Assembly (NCBI RefSeq): GCF_009914755.1
Contig: NC_060928.1
Length of the DNA stretch: 64,000 nt
Direction: 5' to 3' (one strand)
Source of the DNA: the human T2T-CHM13v2.0 reference genome, Homo sapiens
The number at the start of each line of letters is the position of its first letter. Position 1 is the first letter of the stretch. Position numbers and translations under genes: made by a program. Below are positions 1 through 36,504 of the stretch, in pieces. A model generated the notes under the pieces. The model was not told where the DNA came from. It saw only the letters and a list, made by a program, of their open reading frames with translations, and made no database searches.

Positions 1-6994
<6,994 letters not shown>

Positions 6995-7439
6995 CTAATC
7001 ATGGCTACAAATTCTTTCCTGCTTCTATTGAGAGGTAAGGCTCATCTTTTTTCTCCCCTTGAGTATGAGCTGGGTTATGACAACAGTACTTTCTTTTAAC
7101 CAATAGAGTAAGGTAGAGGTGATAATGCCATTTCTGGACCAATTTCTGGCAACCTCCTCCATGGTGTCTTGGAACCCTTAGCCCAACTACTCTGCTAGAA
7201 AGACTATGTGGAAAACCCTAAAACTACATCTTACAGAAAAGAACCCAGCTGGGTCCAGCCTTTCAGCTGTTCCCACTAAGGTATCAAGCGTTTAAGTAAA
7301 GCCACTGTGGATCATCTAGACCAATCTAGTCACTAGTTGAATACCAATGAGTGAGCCCAGTAGCCATGTGTAGCAGACGCAAGCTAAACCCTGCCTGAAT
7401 TCCCGATCCACAAAACTGTGAGACAATAAGAAAAGTTGC

Positions 7440-7945
7440 TCACAATTGCTAAAAAGTGGAAACAATTCAAGTGTTCACTGACAGAGAAACAAAATGTGGT
7501 ACATACATACAATGGAATATTATTCAGCTTTAAAAGGGAAGGAAGTAATAACACATGCTATAATACGGATGAACCTTAAAGGTATATGCTAAGTGAAATA
7601 AGCCAATCACAAAATGACAAATATTGTATGATTTCAATTATTTGAGAGTAAGGTAATCGCTTCTGAGCCTTTTGGCTAAGATCAAGTGGAGAGTAAGTCA
7701 AAGTCATCTAGACAAAAAGCAGAATGGTTGTTGCCAGGAGCTGGGGAAGGGAAAAATGAGGAGTTAAGAGTTTAATGGGTAGAGTTCCAGTTGGGGAAGA
7801 TGAAAAATTCTGGAGATGAATGGTGGTGATGGTTTCACAACAATGTGAATGTACCTAATGCCAAAGAACTGTACACTTAAAAATGATTAAAGTGATAAAT
7901 TTTATGTTATGTATATTTTACCATAATGAAAATTTTAAAATACCT
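7440..7945 (+). mobile_element. L1MB-like LINE-1 3' end
   Basis: Motifs aaaatgtggtacatacatacaatggaatattattcagc, gctaagtgaaataagccaatcacaaaa and gaactgtacacttaaaaatg...ttttatgttatgtatattttacc. Confidence 0.85.
7656..7688 (+). pseudogene. 3'-truncated (tailless) U2 snRNA retrocopy, nt 1-33
   Basis: ATCGCTTCTgaGCCTTTTGGCTAAGATCAAGTG is 31/33 identical to the U2 5' end. Flanked by direct repeat GAGAGTAAG at 7644-7652 and 7689-7697. Confidence 0.9.
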
Positions 7946-8679
7946 TTTAAAAAGTTTGTTACACAGCAACAGATAACCAGAACAGTTCTACACAAACAGA
8001 AGTCTGAAATAAGAACTATACTGCACTAAGCCTCCCTTCACAAATGTACACTGGCTATTATTTTAGGACATGATTTTAAGAAATCTTGCCTCCCCATTTA
8101 ATTTTTAATGTTCTGAGCAGAATCTTCTGCAATACAAATATTAAAACATATGAACAGAACTCAGAGTTAAAATTATATACTTAATTACATGCAAAATTAT
8201 CACACTGTGTAGCAATGAGGGATAAATAAAAATCATTCATGGAAGTAAAAATAATTACAACCAAACCAGTACTTCAGGGGTCCTCCTGGAGGAAAGCAAA
8301 GGGAAAGAATTATGGCCGTCCTGCCCTTAATCTGTTCATCACCTCTAACAAGGTTTGTGAGGAAAGGGGGATGGCCCTACGTTAATATCAATTCCACCAT
8401 ATCCTAATTCCCACTAAACCATCAAATAGGCCAGATGAGAATGGTTGATACAGGAAGAAAGATTAGAGAAAATATAAGGAAAATACACCTGGTGGGAAAA
8501 AACGAGGATACTTTCACAAAACCCTACTTAATTTTTCGAATTCTTAGCAACAAAACAGTAGGTATTTTTATTTGTTTCTGTGACAGAATAATATAGCAGA
8601 CCAGGGTAGCTGTATTAATGTCTGGAGCACTGCTCTCTGAGATCAGATAGTTAAGAGAGGAATATAAGAAACAAATTTC

Positions 8680-16302
<7,623 letters not shown>

Positions 16303-16504
16303 TTTCCATTTTTTAACCAAATTATCCAACATTAGAATTCAAGGTTTCAATATTCTTAATTTGAAAACAATAAATATTAACGATCCATCAATTGTTTAAG
16401 TTTTATATTTCATAATTTCTCACTCCCAAAACAGTGTAACTTTTAGAAGCATCAATCAAGCAGCTCAATTCATGTATAATCTTTAGTATCAATATTTGCT
16501 TTAT

Positions 16505-17217
<713 letters not shown>

Positions 17218-17622
17218 TTAATGAAAGGAACTGTTGTCTTATTCCTTCCAAAAAGGCAACAAATTGCAGAACCAAATTAAGAGTCTGAAAACTAAACCAC
17301 AGGAATATTTTAAATACTGTACTCATTAAAATGCAACATTAGGTACATTTACTGGGCTCCAAGAGCAAGAGGCCAAGCTCATTCCCTAAAATACATTTGG
17401 CCAAGTGGCCCAAGGTGGAAACATTGTCAACAATGTTGCTTCCCTCACCTCCCACCAATTCTGATTGATTCTAACTCTGAAAAGTTGTTAAATCATTTCC
17501 TAGTCACTATTACCAATGCCATAGCCCTACCTGAAGATTTCAACGTCTTTCACCTAGACTACTGTTTACAGTTTCCTAGCCGGACTCACTGCCTCTGGTC
17601 TTCCCCTACTCCAATCTAGCAC

Positions 17623-17700
17623 CAATTGTGACAACCAAAATGTCTCCAGCATTGCCAAACATCTCCTGGAGGTCAAAGTTGCCCTGACTCAGAACCACTG
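17623..17700 (+). mobile_element. MER20 (hAT-Charlie) 3' fragment
   Basis: ttgtgacaaccaaaatgtctccagcattgccaaacatctcctgg...agaaccactg resembles the MER20 terminus. Confidence 0.75.
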
Positions 17701-18403
17701 CTTCAAGCTGTTCCTACAAGAAGAATATTACTTATTTGTTAAGATTCTGGCCACAATCTATGTCAGTGGAACAGAAACCAAAAAAACTAACAAACATGAG
17801 GTTGAAATTTAAAACCTTAACCTTAGGACTGCCATGCTTAAACAAAATTAGCTGACACCTCATAAAAAGGGCCATAATACTCTTAAACTCCTTTGAACGT
17901 ATAGACTTAAATCATCTTACTTTAAGCCTGAATTATGAAAAGTCTGTACCTTCTGTCAAAGTTTAACCACCATATATACATATTTAAGCTTCTGGATATA
18001 GAAAATTATGCAAATTTTTAAAAAGGACTTTGCGCTTTAATCAATCCCCTTCAGAAGCTGAAAATAGTAAACTTCTTAGGCAAATTACTGCCTACACCTA
18101 AGTTTGCAAGCCACTCTGAACAGTATTCTCATTAAATACCTCCAGAAAAAACTCTAAAAACACAAATTCTTATGCTTGAAAACCAGTAAGTTTTTGAAAA
18201 ATCACACTCCTTTTAAATTTCCCACAATGGTTATATCCCTACAAAACTCACTCAAAGATGTTATCTGAGATACAACAGTACCTTTCAGAGGGGGTAAGAG
18301 ATCTAAAAAACTTGGAACTTTAAAGGCCAGACTGAGCAGGGTAGCAGTATCACAGGAGAAAGCGCCTTCTACCAAAGACATCAAAATCCGTCCAGACACT
18401 TAC

Positions 18404-18541
18404 CTTCAGGCGTTTGATCATCTCGTCCGTGGTGATCTTGTCGGTGATCTCTTTTACCCCCGGAGGGTAAGCGATCTTCCCGTCGGCACTCACGACGCCA
18501 CAGAGGGCAGTGGCAGGCTTGGGCTGCGCGGTGAAGTCCAT
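18404..18541 (-). CDS. PDS5A: PDS5 cohesin-associated factor A, first coding exon (46 codons, [46 protein letters not shown]); CDS continues beyond the left edge of the window
   Basis: Translation matches the PDS5A N-terminus as I know it. ATG at 18541-18539 is in strong Kozak context (cccaggATGg). The 138-nt coding part ends at a canonical donor AAG|GTAAGT (intron starts at 18403), phase 0. Confidence 0.97.
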
Positions 18542-18581
18542 CCTGGGGGACAACTTTTGGTTCACAGTCCTCTACCGGCCT
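18404..18581 (-). other. PDS5A: PDS5A exon 2 (40 nt 5'UTR + 138 nt CDS)
   Basis: Minus-strand acceptor ...ctttggttttctgaccgatAG|aggccgg (AG = 18583-18582) and donor GTAAGT at 18403-18398. Confidence 0.85.
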
Positions 18582-19420
18582 CTATCGGTCAGAAAACCAA
18601 AGTTCAGCGGGAAAGGGGCGACTTTGTAACCTCTTTTTTCATTTCAAATCTCTCTAATCTGGAAAAGGCCCTGTCTCCCCAGAGGCCGGGGACCCGGCAG
18701 CGGCCTCGCCACCCGCTCTTTCCCAGGGATCGAACCCCGCCGGCCCCGCCAACCCGGCCCTGCCAGCCCCAGGCTCACGGGGCTCCTCCGCACCAGCCGC
18801 CGTGGCCGCCGAACAGCGCCAGGAGTTTCCCATTCCGCCTTTCACAATGAAATCCACCCCCGAGCACCAGGGTCCGAAGTTTGGCGGCCCCGGGAGGCCG
18901 GCAAGGACCCCAAGGCCCCCGCTCGGCGGTGGGGAAGCACCCAGTCCCGCCCGGCCAGTCCCCTCCGGGAAACCAGACCCGAGGCCTATAGGGCTCGGCT
19001 TAGGCCGCAAAACTAGGGACCCAGCGGACCCACGCGCAGCGGCGGCTCCCGGGAACAAAACGCCCTTGCCCAGCCGAGCCTCGGACCCGGGGTAGTCCCC
19101 GCCGCGCTGCCGCCCCTCCCCTGTTCCGCTCCCTCACCCCCGCGGGAGGGGAAAACAAGCCGCCCTCCACCCTCAGCCCCACGCCAGGAAGCGGCTGACG
19201 CGCCTCCGCACTTCACATTTTGTTCCTTCAACTTCGGCTGAGGGACCCCAGCTGCTTCTCTGGCCCCCGGCCGCTTGGCGCCTCCGGCACCGCCGAGGCC
19301 TTCCCGGCACCCTCGGGCGGCCCCACCGGGCCTCGGACCCGCGGCCCCCCCCTCCAGTCTCCCCTTCCGTCCCCTCCCTCCAGCAGCCTAGGGCGGGAGC
19401 CGAGCCGCCGCCGCCTTTAC

Positions 19421-19875
19421 CTCCTCCTCATGCGGGCGGAAGGTGCATCGAGCGCCCGGGCCTCTGTCAGGTGGTTGCGCCGCCGCCCCTAGTCGGGCTG
19501 CACACAAAGCGGCTCCGCGGGTCCCGCCGCCGCCGCCGCCGCCGCCCGCCCGCCCGGGAGCGGCGCTGGGGCTGGCGGTGCCGAGGAGGAGCAGCCGCCG
19601 CGGGGGGAGACGCGGGGCGAGTGAGCGCTGGGCGGGGAGACAGTGCCGCTCTCCGTCTGGCCGAGGAAGAGCAGCCTCGAAGGCTCCTCCGGGAGTGTGT
19701 GCGCTTGTGTCCGTCCGGGACCCCCGCGGCCCGCCCGCACGCACCTCGCGCCGGCCCGGACCGCCGACTCGGACCCGGACGCCCCTCGCAGAGGCGCGCG
19801 CCCGGCCGTCCGTGCCCCGGGAGCCGGCGCCTCGCGCACACACCGGCCGGTCACGCGAGCGGCGCGAGAGCACGC
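19421..19875 (-). other. PDS5A: PDS5A non-coding exon 1 (5'UTR); TSS position approximate
   Basis: Donor GAG|GTAAAG at 19421/19420 inside the CpG island, 840 nt from the exon 2 acceptor. The upstream limit cannot be read from sequence; it is inferred from promoter motifs and recalled gene structure. Confidence 0.7.
19524..19544 (-). repeat. (CGG)7 trinucleotide repeat in PDS5A 5'UTR
   Basis: Seven perfect CCG units on the + strand, followed by (CCCG)3. Confidence 0.9.
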
Positions 19876-19982
19876 GAGAGCAGCGCGCGCTCCTCGCTCC
19901 CTCCCCTTCCTCCGCCGGCCGTGCATCCGCCTCCCTCGGGCCCGAGGCGGCCGCGCGCAGGGCGGACAGCGCCGCCACCCGG

Positions 19983-20086
19983 TTGGCGCCAATACCTGCC
20001 GCGCGGGGCGCCTCCCGGAGGACCCGACCGGAGAGGGCGAGAGGAGGAGGAGCCCGGGTGGCGGGAAGCGAGCCCAGGTTCCCGCG
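19983..20086. promoter_or_regulatory. Cluster of E2F-type sites with overlapping CCAAT box
   Basis: Palindromic TTGGCGCCAA (19983-19992) overlapping CCAAT (19989-19993), GGCGGGAA (20060-20067) and TTCCCGCG (20079-20086). Motif match only. Confidence 0.55.
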
Positions 20087-20391
20087 GCCTTGCGAGGGCA
20101 CGCAGGGCAAACAGTGCTTTATCTTTCGCAGCGGCGATGAGCTGGTGACTTTTGGGGGTCATCCTGAGGGACATAGACGAAACTGGTTGGGAGGTAGTTA
20201 ATTGCTCGGTGAAAATGAACGGATTTCCTCCTCAGGGAGAGATCTGCAAAGTCAAGGAAAGTTGTGCAATGGGGCGCAGCGTGAGCGGCTCACTCTCGGG
20301 TCTTCTGACAGCCACCCGAGTTGCCCACCCTCCTTAGATTTCTGAAGTTAATATTTTGAAAGCTGCAAAACATGAAAATAGCATTGGGTCG

Positions 20392-20660
20392 AGTCGTTCT
20401 CAAGGTATGGTCTTTGGGCCACCAGGCCTCACAATCACTTTGGGTACTGGCTGAAAACGTAGGTTTCCAACTCCAAAGATTAAAAAACATAAAAATATAT
20501 GTTTTTTTAACGTAAAAATATATATGAACATAAAACATATAAAAATATAACATATAAAATAAAACATTAAAAAATATAAAAAATATACATAAACATAAAA
20601 ATCTCTGAGAGTGGAACCCAGAAATAAGCATTTATTAATTGGGTGGGTGATTCTTGTAAA
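20392..20660. mobile_element. MER5-family DNA transposon remnant with AT-rich internal expansion
   Basis: agtcgttctcaaggtatggtc...aatcactttggg...aaaatctctgagagtggaacccagaaataagcattt...ggtgattct; low-complexity AT tract at about 20480-20600. Confidence 0.55.
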
Positions 20661-21239
20661 TAAGGAAGAGCTCATTTTTTAAAAATGTTTTAAACCTACC
20701 AAGCATTAACGTTTTCTGTCATCCAAAGGAAAACCACTATCAGGTAAAAACAGTGCACGCAGCAGTGTTTGAGCAATTTAATGTATGTAATTGAAACAAA
20801 TTAACGCAAGAACATACACTTACCTATTTAAAAAAAATCAAGAGCATACACAAAATTTCCGAAGAGAAAGTTGAAAAAAGGATACGATAATATGAAATCA
20901 CATTCAGCTCTTGAAACTGACCACTACCATAGTTTAAAATGATATTCGATTGTTTATTCAAATTATTCTTGATGGGTACCCATTGGTCTATTTTTTTCCC
21001 ACATCCTTTAACGTCAACTTAAAAATAGTAAAGGTACTGCATTTCAGCTCACTGACTTGTTTTTGACGTATTACACAAGAGCAGTCATTGCGAATCTGAC
21101 ACTCCACAGTTGCTGATTTGCTAGAACTCTGCCCAAAAGTCAATGCTTTGTTCTTGGGCATTTACAGTACCAGGCAGAATCCATTTAAAAGTGTCCTCAT
21201 CCAAACTATTAAGTGGACCAAAAGCTGCTCTCTTTTTAG

Positions 21240-21470
<231 letters not shown>

Positions 21471-21722
21471 TAGCCAGGATGGTCTCGATCTCCTGAGCTA
21501 GTGATCCGCCCGCCTCGGCCTCCCAGAGTGCTGGGATTACAGGCATGAGCCACCGCGCCCGGCCAAATTTGATATTTCTTTGTGTGTTACATTTAATTAA
21601 ACAACAATGATTTTATCTTTCATCCTCCTCAGTAGCTTGCCCATTATTAAATGGAGTTTTGTATATGTACATATATTTTATTTTATTTATTTTTTATATT
21701 ATTTTATTATTTTTTGAGATGA

Positions 21723-22035
<313 letters not shown>

Positions 22036-23083
22036 TAGTAGAGACAGGGTTTCACCATGTTGGTCAGGCTGGTCTCAAACTCCTGACCTCAGGTAATCTG
22101 CCCGCCTCACCCTCCCAAAGTGCTGGGATTACAGGCTTGAGCCACCGTGCCTGGCCTTACTGGTTGATTTCTTTTTTTTTTTTTTTAACATGGAGTCTCA
22201 CTCTATCACCAGGCTTGAGTGCAGTGGTGCGATCTCGGTTCACTTCACCTCTGCCTCCCAGGTTCAAGCGATTCATCTGCCTCAGTCTCCCAAGTAGCTG
22301 GGACTACAGGCGTACACCACCACGCCCAGCTTATTTTTATATTTTTAGTAGAGATGGAGTTTCACCATATTGGCCAGGCTGATCTCGAATTCCTGACCTC
22401 GTGATTTGCCCGCCTCGGCCTCCCAAAGTGCTGGGATTACAGGTGTGAGCCCCTGCGCCTGGCCTATTTTATTTTTTCGAGACGAAGTCTTGCTCTGTTG
22501 CCCAGGCTGGAGTGCAGTGGTACAATCTGGGCGCACTGCAACCTACGCCTCCTGGGTTCAAGCAGATCTCCTGCGTCAGCCTCCCAAGATCTGGGACTAC
22601 AGGCATGCGCCACCACGCCTGGCTAATTTTTGTACTTTTAGTAGAGACAGGGTTTTACCATGTTGGCCAGCCTGGTCTCGAACTCTTGACCTTAGGTGAT
22701 CCACCCACCTTGGGCTCCCAAAGTGCTGGAATTACAGGCATGAGCCACTGCACCCAACCTCCACCAAGCTTTTCTTCCCCGCTCAGTGCCCAAAACAATG
22801 CCTTATATTATAGGCCTCTTTAAATAATTGTTTCACAAATGAAGGCCTGCCCTCCTGGTGGACCTTAATTTGTTTGGGGAGAAATAGACCAAAATAACAA
22901 TAATACATGTATATGAAAATAAAGTAGGGAAGAGTTGGGCACGGTGGCTCGCACCTGTAATCCCAGCACTTTGGGAGGGGGAGGCAGGCAGACTATTTGA
23001 GGTCACGAGTTTCAGACCAGCCTGGCCAGCATGGTGAAACCCCATCTCTATTAAAAAGACAAAAAATTAGACTCAGTGGCTCA

Positions 23084-23377
<294 letters not shown>

Positions 23378-23601
23378 TCACATGTAGCCTTTTAGACCTC
23401 TGGTAAGACTGTGGCTATCCTCTGATTGAGGTGGGGAACTAATGGACTGTTTTAAGCAAAGAGGTGATATGATGTATGTCCTGAGTTAGGCAATGTTGGT
23501 CAAACCACTTAATTCTTCTGTGCCTCATTTTCTTCATCTGTAAAACAAGGATAATGATAGTATCTTCCTCACATGATCATTATGAGGAATACATAACTTA
23601 A

Positions 23602-23760
<159 letters not shown>

Positions 23761-24585
23761 TGATGGGATTTCACCATGTTGGCCAGGCTGCTCTTGAACT
23801 CCCGACCTCAGGTGATCCGCCCGCCTTGGCCTCCCAAAGTGCTAAGATTACAGGTGTGAGCCCCTGCGCCTGGCCATAAGTTAATATTTGTAAAATGCCT
23901 AGAATAGTAACTCGCATATACTAAGCTCTACATAATTTTTTTTAATAAAATAAAATAAAAAAATCAAAGAGTTTTATGTGGTTAATAATTGCACAAAGGG
24001 GTGGCTTTGTGAGTCTTTATTCTACCTCCCACATAATTTCAATCAGTGTCCCCCTCACACATACATTCAGTTATATAATCTATGTACAAAATTGCGTCCA
24101 ATGCAATTTGAGGACAAACCCCTAACCCCCAATTTCACTACAGCTCCTTCTATATACAAATTCTAGAGCTCCTGACCAACATGGCAAAACCTCATCTCTA
24201 CTAATATATATATATATATTTGCATATATATATATATGCAAAAATTAGCCTGGTGGGGTGGCGCACACCTGTAGTCCTAGCTACTTGGGAGGCTGAGGCA
24301 TCAGAATTGCCTGACTCTGGGAAGCAGGGGTTGCAGTGAGCCGAAATTGCACCACTGCACTCCAGCCTGGGCGACAGAGAAAGACTCCGTCTAAAAAAAA
24401 AAAAAAGACCTGAGCACGGTGGCTCACGCCTGTACTCCCAGCACTTTGGGGGGCCGAGGCAGGCAGATAACCTCAGGTCAGGAGTTTGAGACCAGCCTGG
24501 CCAACCTGGTGAAACCCCATCTCTACTAAAAATACAAAAATTAGCTGAGCAGGGTAATGGGCACCTGTGTAATCCCAGCTATTCA

Positions 24586-24910
<325 letters not shown>

Positions 24911-25767
24911 TTTCTTTTGTTGTTGTTGTTATGAGACAGTCTTGCTCTGTTGCCCAGGCTGGAGTGCAGTGGCACAATCTCGGCTAACTACAACTTCCGC
25001 CTCCTAGGTTCAAGTGATTCTCCTGCCTTAGCCTCCTGAGAAGCTGGGATTACAGGTGCCCGCCACCACCCGGCATATTTTTGTATTTTTAGTAGAGATA
25101 GGGTTTCCCATGTTGGCCAGGATGGTCTTGAACTCCTGACCTCAAGTGATCTGCCCACCTGGGCCTCCCAAAGTGCTGGGATTACAGGCATGAGCCACCA
25201 AGCCTGACCCTAAATATTTTCAAGTATGAAAAAAACTGCAGGTATAAGTGACATGGATAAATCTTAGTGACATAAAGTTCAACAGCAAGGTTCAGGATAA
25301 TGGTTACCCTTAGAGTACAAGGAGAAGCAGGGAACACAGTGAGACAACACGGGAGAATGAATATATTGGTAGATGTATTCTGTTGAAGCTTTATTCTTGG
25401 GTGAGATGGTGACTTCACATATGCTAGCTATGCTAAAGAATGAATGGTTGAATGACTAAAGGCAACCCATGGACTAATGAGAGATGTGTTCATAACCCAA
25501 GAATTATAATTAATCTAGTCAGAGCACATGAGGTCCAGAAGAGAAAAAAATAAAACCAAACTCAACAAATTTCCAAACATTTTAATATTGTAATTTAATA
25601 TTTTTTCAATTATATCCCCTGAAGTCAAAGAAATTATACCCTCATGATAATTATAATTTTTGTCTAGTAATGGTAGTACCATAAGAAATTATTTAGAGTT
25701 ATATTTTGTACAAATGCCACTTTTTAACCCTTTCTCAAGTTGCTAGTATTAGGATGACAGATGATTA

Positions 25768-26368
<601 letters not shown>

Positions 26369-26694
26369 TAGCCAGGATGGTCTCGATCTCCTGACCTCGT
26401 GATCCGCCCCCTTGGCCTCCCAAAGTTCTGGGATTACAGGCGTGAGCCACCATGCCCGGCCACAAAAAAAAATTTTTTTTTAAACTTAAAATAATTGGCC
26501 AAGTGAGGTGGCTAATGCCCATAATCCCAGCATTTTCGAAGGCCAAGGCAGGAGGATCACTTTAGCCCAGGAGTTCAAAATCAGCCTGAGCAAGATAGTG
26601 AGACTTTGTCTCTACTAAGAATAAAAAATTAGGCCAGGCGCAATGACTCACGCCTGTAATTCAAGCACTTTGGGAGGCTGAGGTGGGTGGATCA

Positions 26695-26970
<276 letters not shown>

Positions 26971-27302
26971 CAGTAAGCCAAGATCGTGCCACTGCATTCC
27001 AGCCTGGGTGACAGAGTGAGACTCCTTCTCAAAAAAAAAAAAAGGCCGGGTGCGGTGGTTCACACCTGTAATCTCAACACTTTGGGAGGCCAAGGCTGGT
27101 GGATCACGAGGTCAGGAGTTCAAGACCAGCCTGGCCAACATGGTAAAACCCCGTCTGTACTAAAGATATAAAAAATTTGCCAGGCGTGGCCGGACACGGT
27201 GGCTCACGCCTGTAATCCTGGCACTTTGGGAGGCGGGCAGATCACCTGACTTCAGGCGTTTGAGACCAGCCTGGCCAATGTGGTGAAGCCCCGTCTCTAC
27301 TA

Positions 27303-27458
<156 letters not shown>

Positions 27459-27479
27459 TCATCTTTTTTTTTTTTTTGA

Positions 27480-27584
<105 letters not shown>

Positions 27585-28303
27585 TGAGTAGCTGGGATTA
27601 CAGGCATGTACCACCACACCCGGCTAGTTTTTTTATATTTTTAGTAGAGACGGGGTTTCTCCATATTGGTCAGGCTGGTCTCGAACTCTTGACCTCAGGT
27701 GGTCCGCCTACCTCGGCCTCCAAAAGTGCTGGGATTACAGGCGTGAGCCACCACACCCGGGCATGATTATCTTCTCTAATACATTTGATAAATGAGTCTA
27801 TTCTGCCCATAACTGTAGTAAAGAAGTATGTGTCATAACTTTACTTTCTTATTTTATTTTTATTTTTTTGAAACAGTGTCTTACTCTGTCACCCAGGCTG
27901 GAGTTCAGTGGCATAATCACAGCTCACTGAAGCCTTGATCACCTGGGCTCAAGTTATCCTCCCACCTCAGCCTCTTGAGTAGCTGGGAATACAGGTACGT
28001 GCCATGATGCCTGGCTAATTTTTTTTTTTTTAGACTGAGTCTTGCTCTGTTGCCTAGGCTAGAGTGCAATGGCACATCTCGGCTCACCTCCTGGGTGCAA
28101 CCTCCACCTCCTGGGTTCAAGCAATTCTCTTGCCTCAGCCTCCCAAGTAGCTGGTATTATAGGTGCCTGCCACCACACCGGGCTAATTTTTGTATTTTTA
28201 GTAGAGATGGGGTTTCGCCACGTTGGCCAGGCTGGTCTTGAACTCCTGACCTCAGGTGATCTGCCCGCCGCAGCCTCCCCAAGTGCTGGGATTACAGGCG
28301 TGA

Positions 28304-28522
<219 letters not shown>

Positions 28523-28709
28523 TAGACGAAATCTCAGGCCGGGCTGAGATTTGGGAGGCTGAGGCAGGTGGATCACAAGGTCAGGAGATCAAGACCATCC
28601 TGGCCAACACGGTGAAACGCCCTGTCTACTAAAAATACAAAAATTAGGCCTGGCGCGGTGACTCACGCCTGTAATCCCAGCACTTTGGGAGGCTGAGGCG
28701 GGCGGATCA

Positions 28710-29141
<432 letters not shown>

Positions 29142-29254
29142 TTATCTGAGCTAATTTGAGTACATTTCTGATGTTAACCACCAAATATGACCTAATTTAG
29201 AATGAATAATTGATTGGACTTTATGAAATCTTAACCAAGATTCATGAACCCACC

Positions 29255-29289
29255 TGTACTGGGTTGAATAGTGCCCCACGACACACACA

Positions 29290-29331
<42 letters not shown>

Positions 29332-29734
29332 TCATGTCCACCTGGAACCTCCTAATATGATCTTATTTGGAAGCAGCATCTTTGCAGATGTAATTATTTA
29401 AAACAAACTCATACTGTATTAGGGTAGGTCCTAAATCCACTGACCAGCAGTGTCTTAATAAGAAGATATGAAGACACACAGGGATGAAGTCCCATGTAGG
29501 GATGGAGGCGATGATTGGAGTGATGACTGCAAGCCAAGGAATTACAAGGATCACCAGCAAGCACCAGAAGCAGAGAAAGAGACAGGGATTCTTCCCTCGA
29601 GGCTTCAAAGCGAATATAGCCTTGTTCACACCTAGACTTTGGACTTCTAGCCTCTGAAACTGTAAAAGTGTAAGTTTCTGTTGTTTTAAGCCACCACGTT
29701 TGTGGTGCAACAGCAGTCCTATGAAACCAATACA
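29255..29734 (+). mobile_element. MLT1C-like MaLR solo LTR
   Basis: TG...CA termini (tgtactgggttgaatag ... gaaaccaataca), internal cttatttgg...ctttgcagatgtaatt, and a 5-bp TSD CCACC/CCAGC. Confidence 0.85.
29281..29327 (+). repeat. (AC)n microsatellite, one interruption
   Basis: Directly visible inside the MLT1 LTR. Confidence 0.95.
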
Positions 29735-29759
29735 CCAGCCATATGCAAAAATTGTTTTG

Positions 29760-36504
<6,745 letters not shown>

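Larger units (their letters stand above)
18400..20300. promoter_or_regulatory. CpG island / PDS5A promoter
   Basis: About 1.9 kb of very high GC and CpG content with no Alus, spanning exons 1-2, with many GC boxes (GGGCGG/CCGCCC). Confidence 0.95.

Noticed and set aside
18350-18565. 71-aa ORF as a complete protein
   Set aside because: It is PDS5A exon 2 extended from an upstream GTG and read past the splice donor.
18557-20201. Long overlapping ORFs of up to 252 aa on both strands in the CpG island
   Set aside because: Stop-codon depletion from extreme GC content; low-complexity R/P/A/G translations with no recognisable domain.
20480-20600. Quasi-periodic AT-rich tract near the promoter, considered as an array
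   Set aside because: Degenerate low-complexity expansion with no constant repeat-spacer structure.
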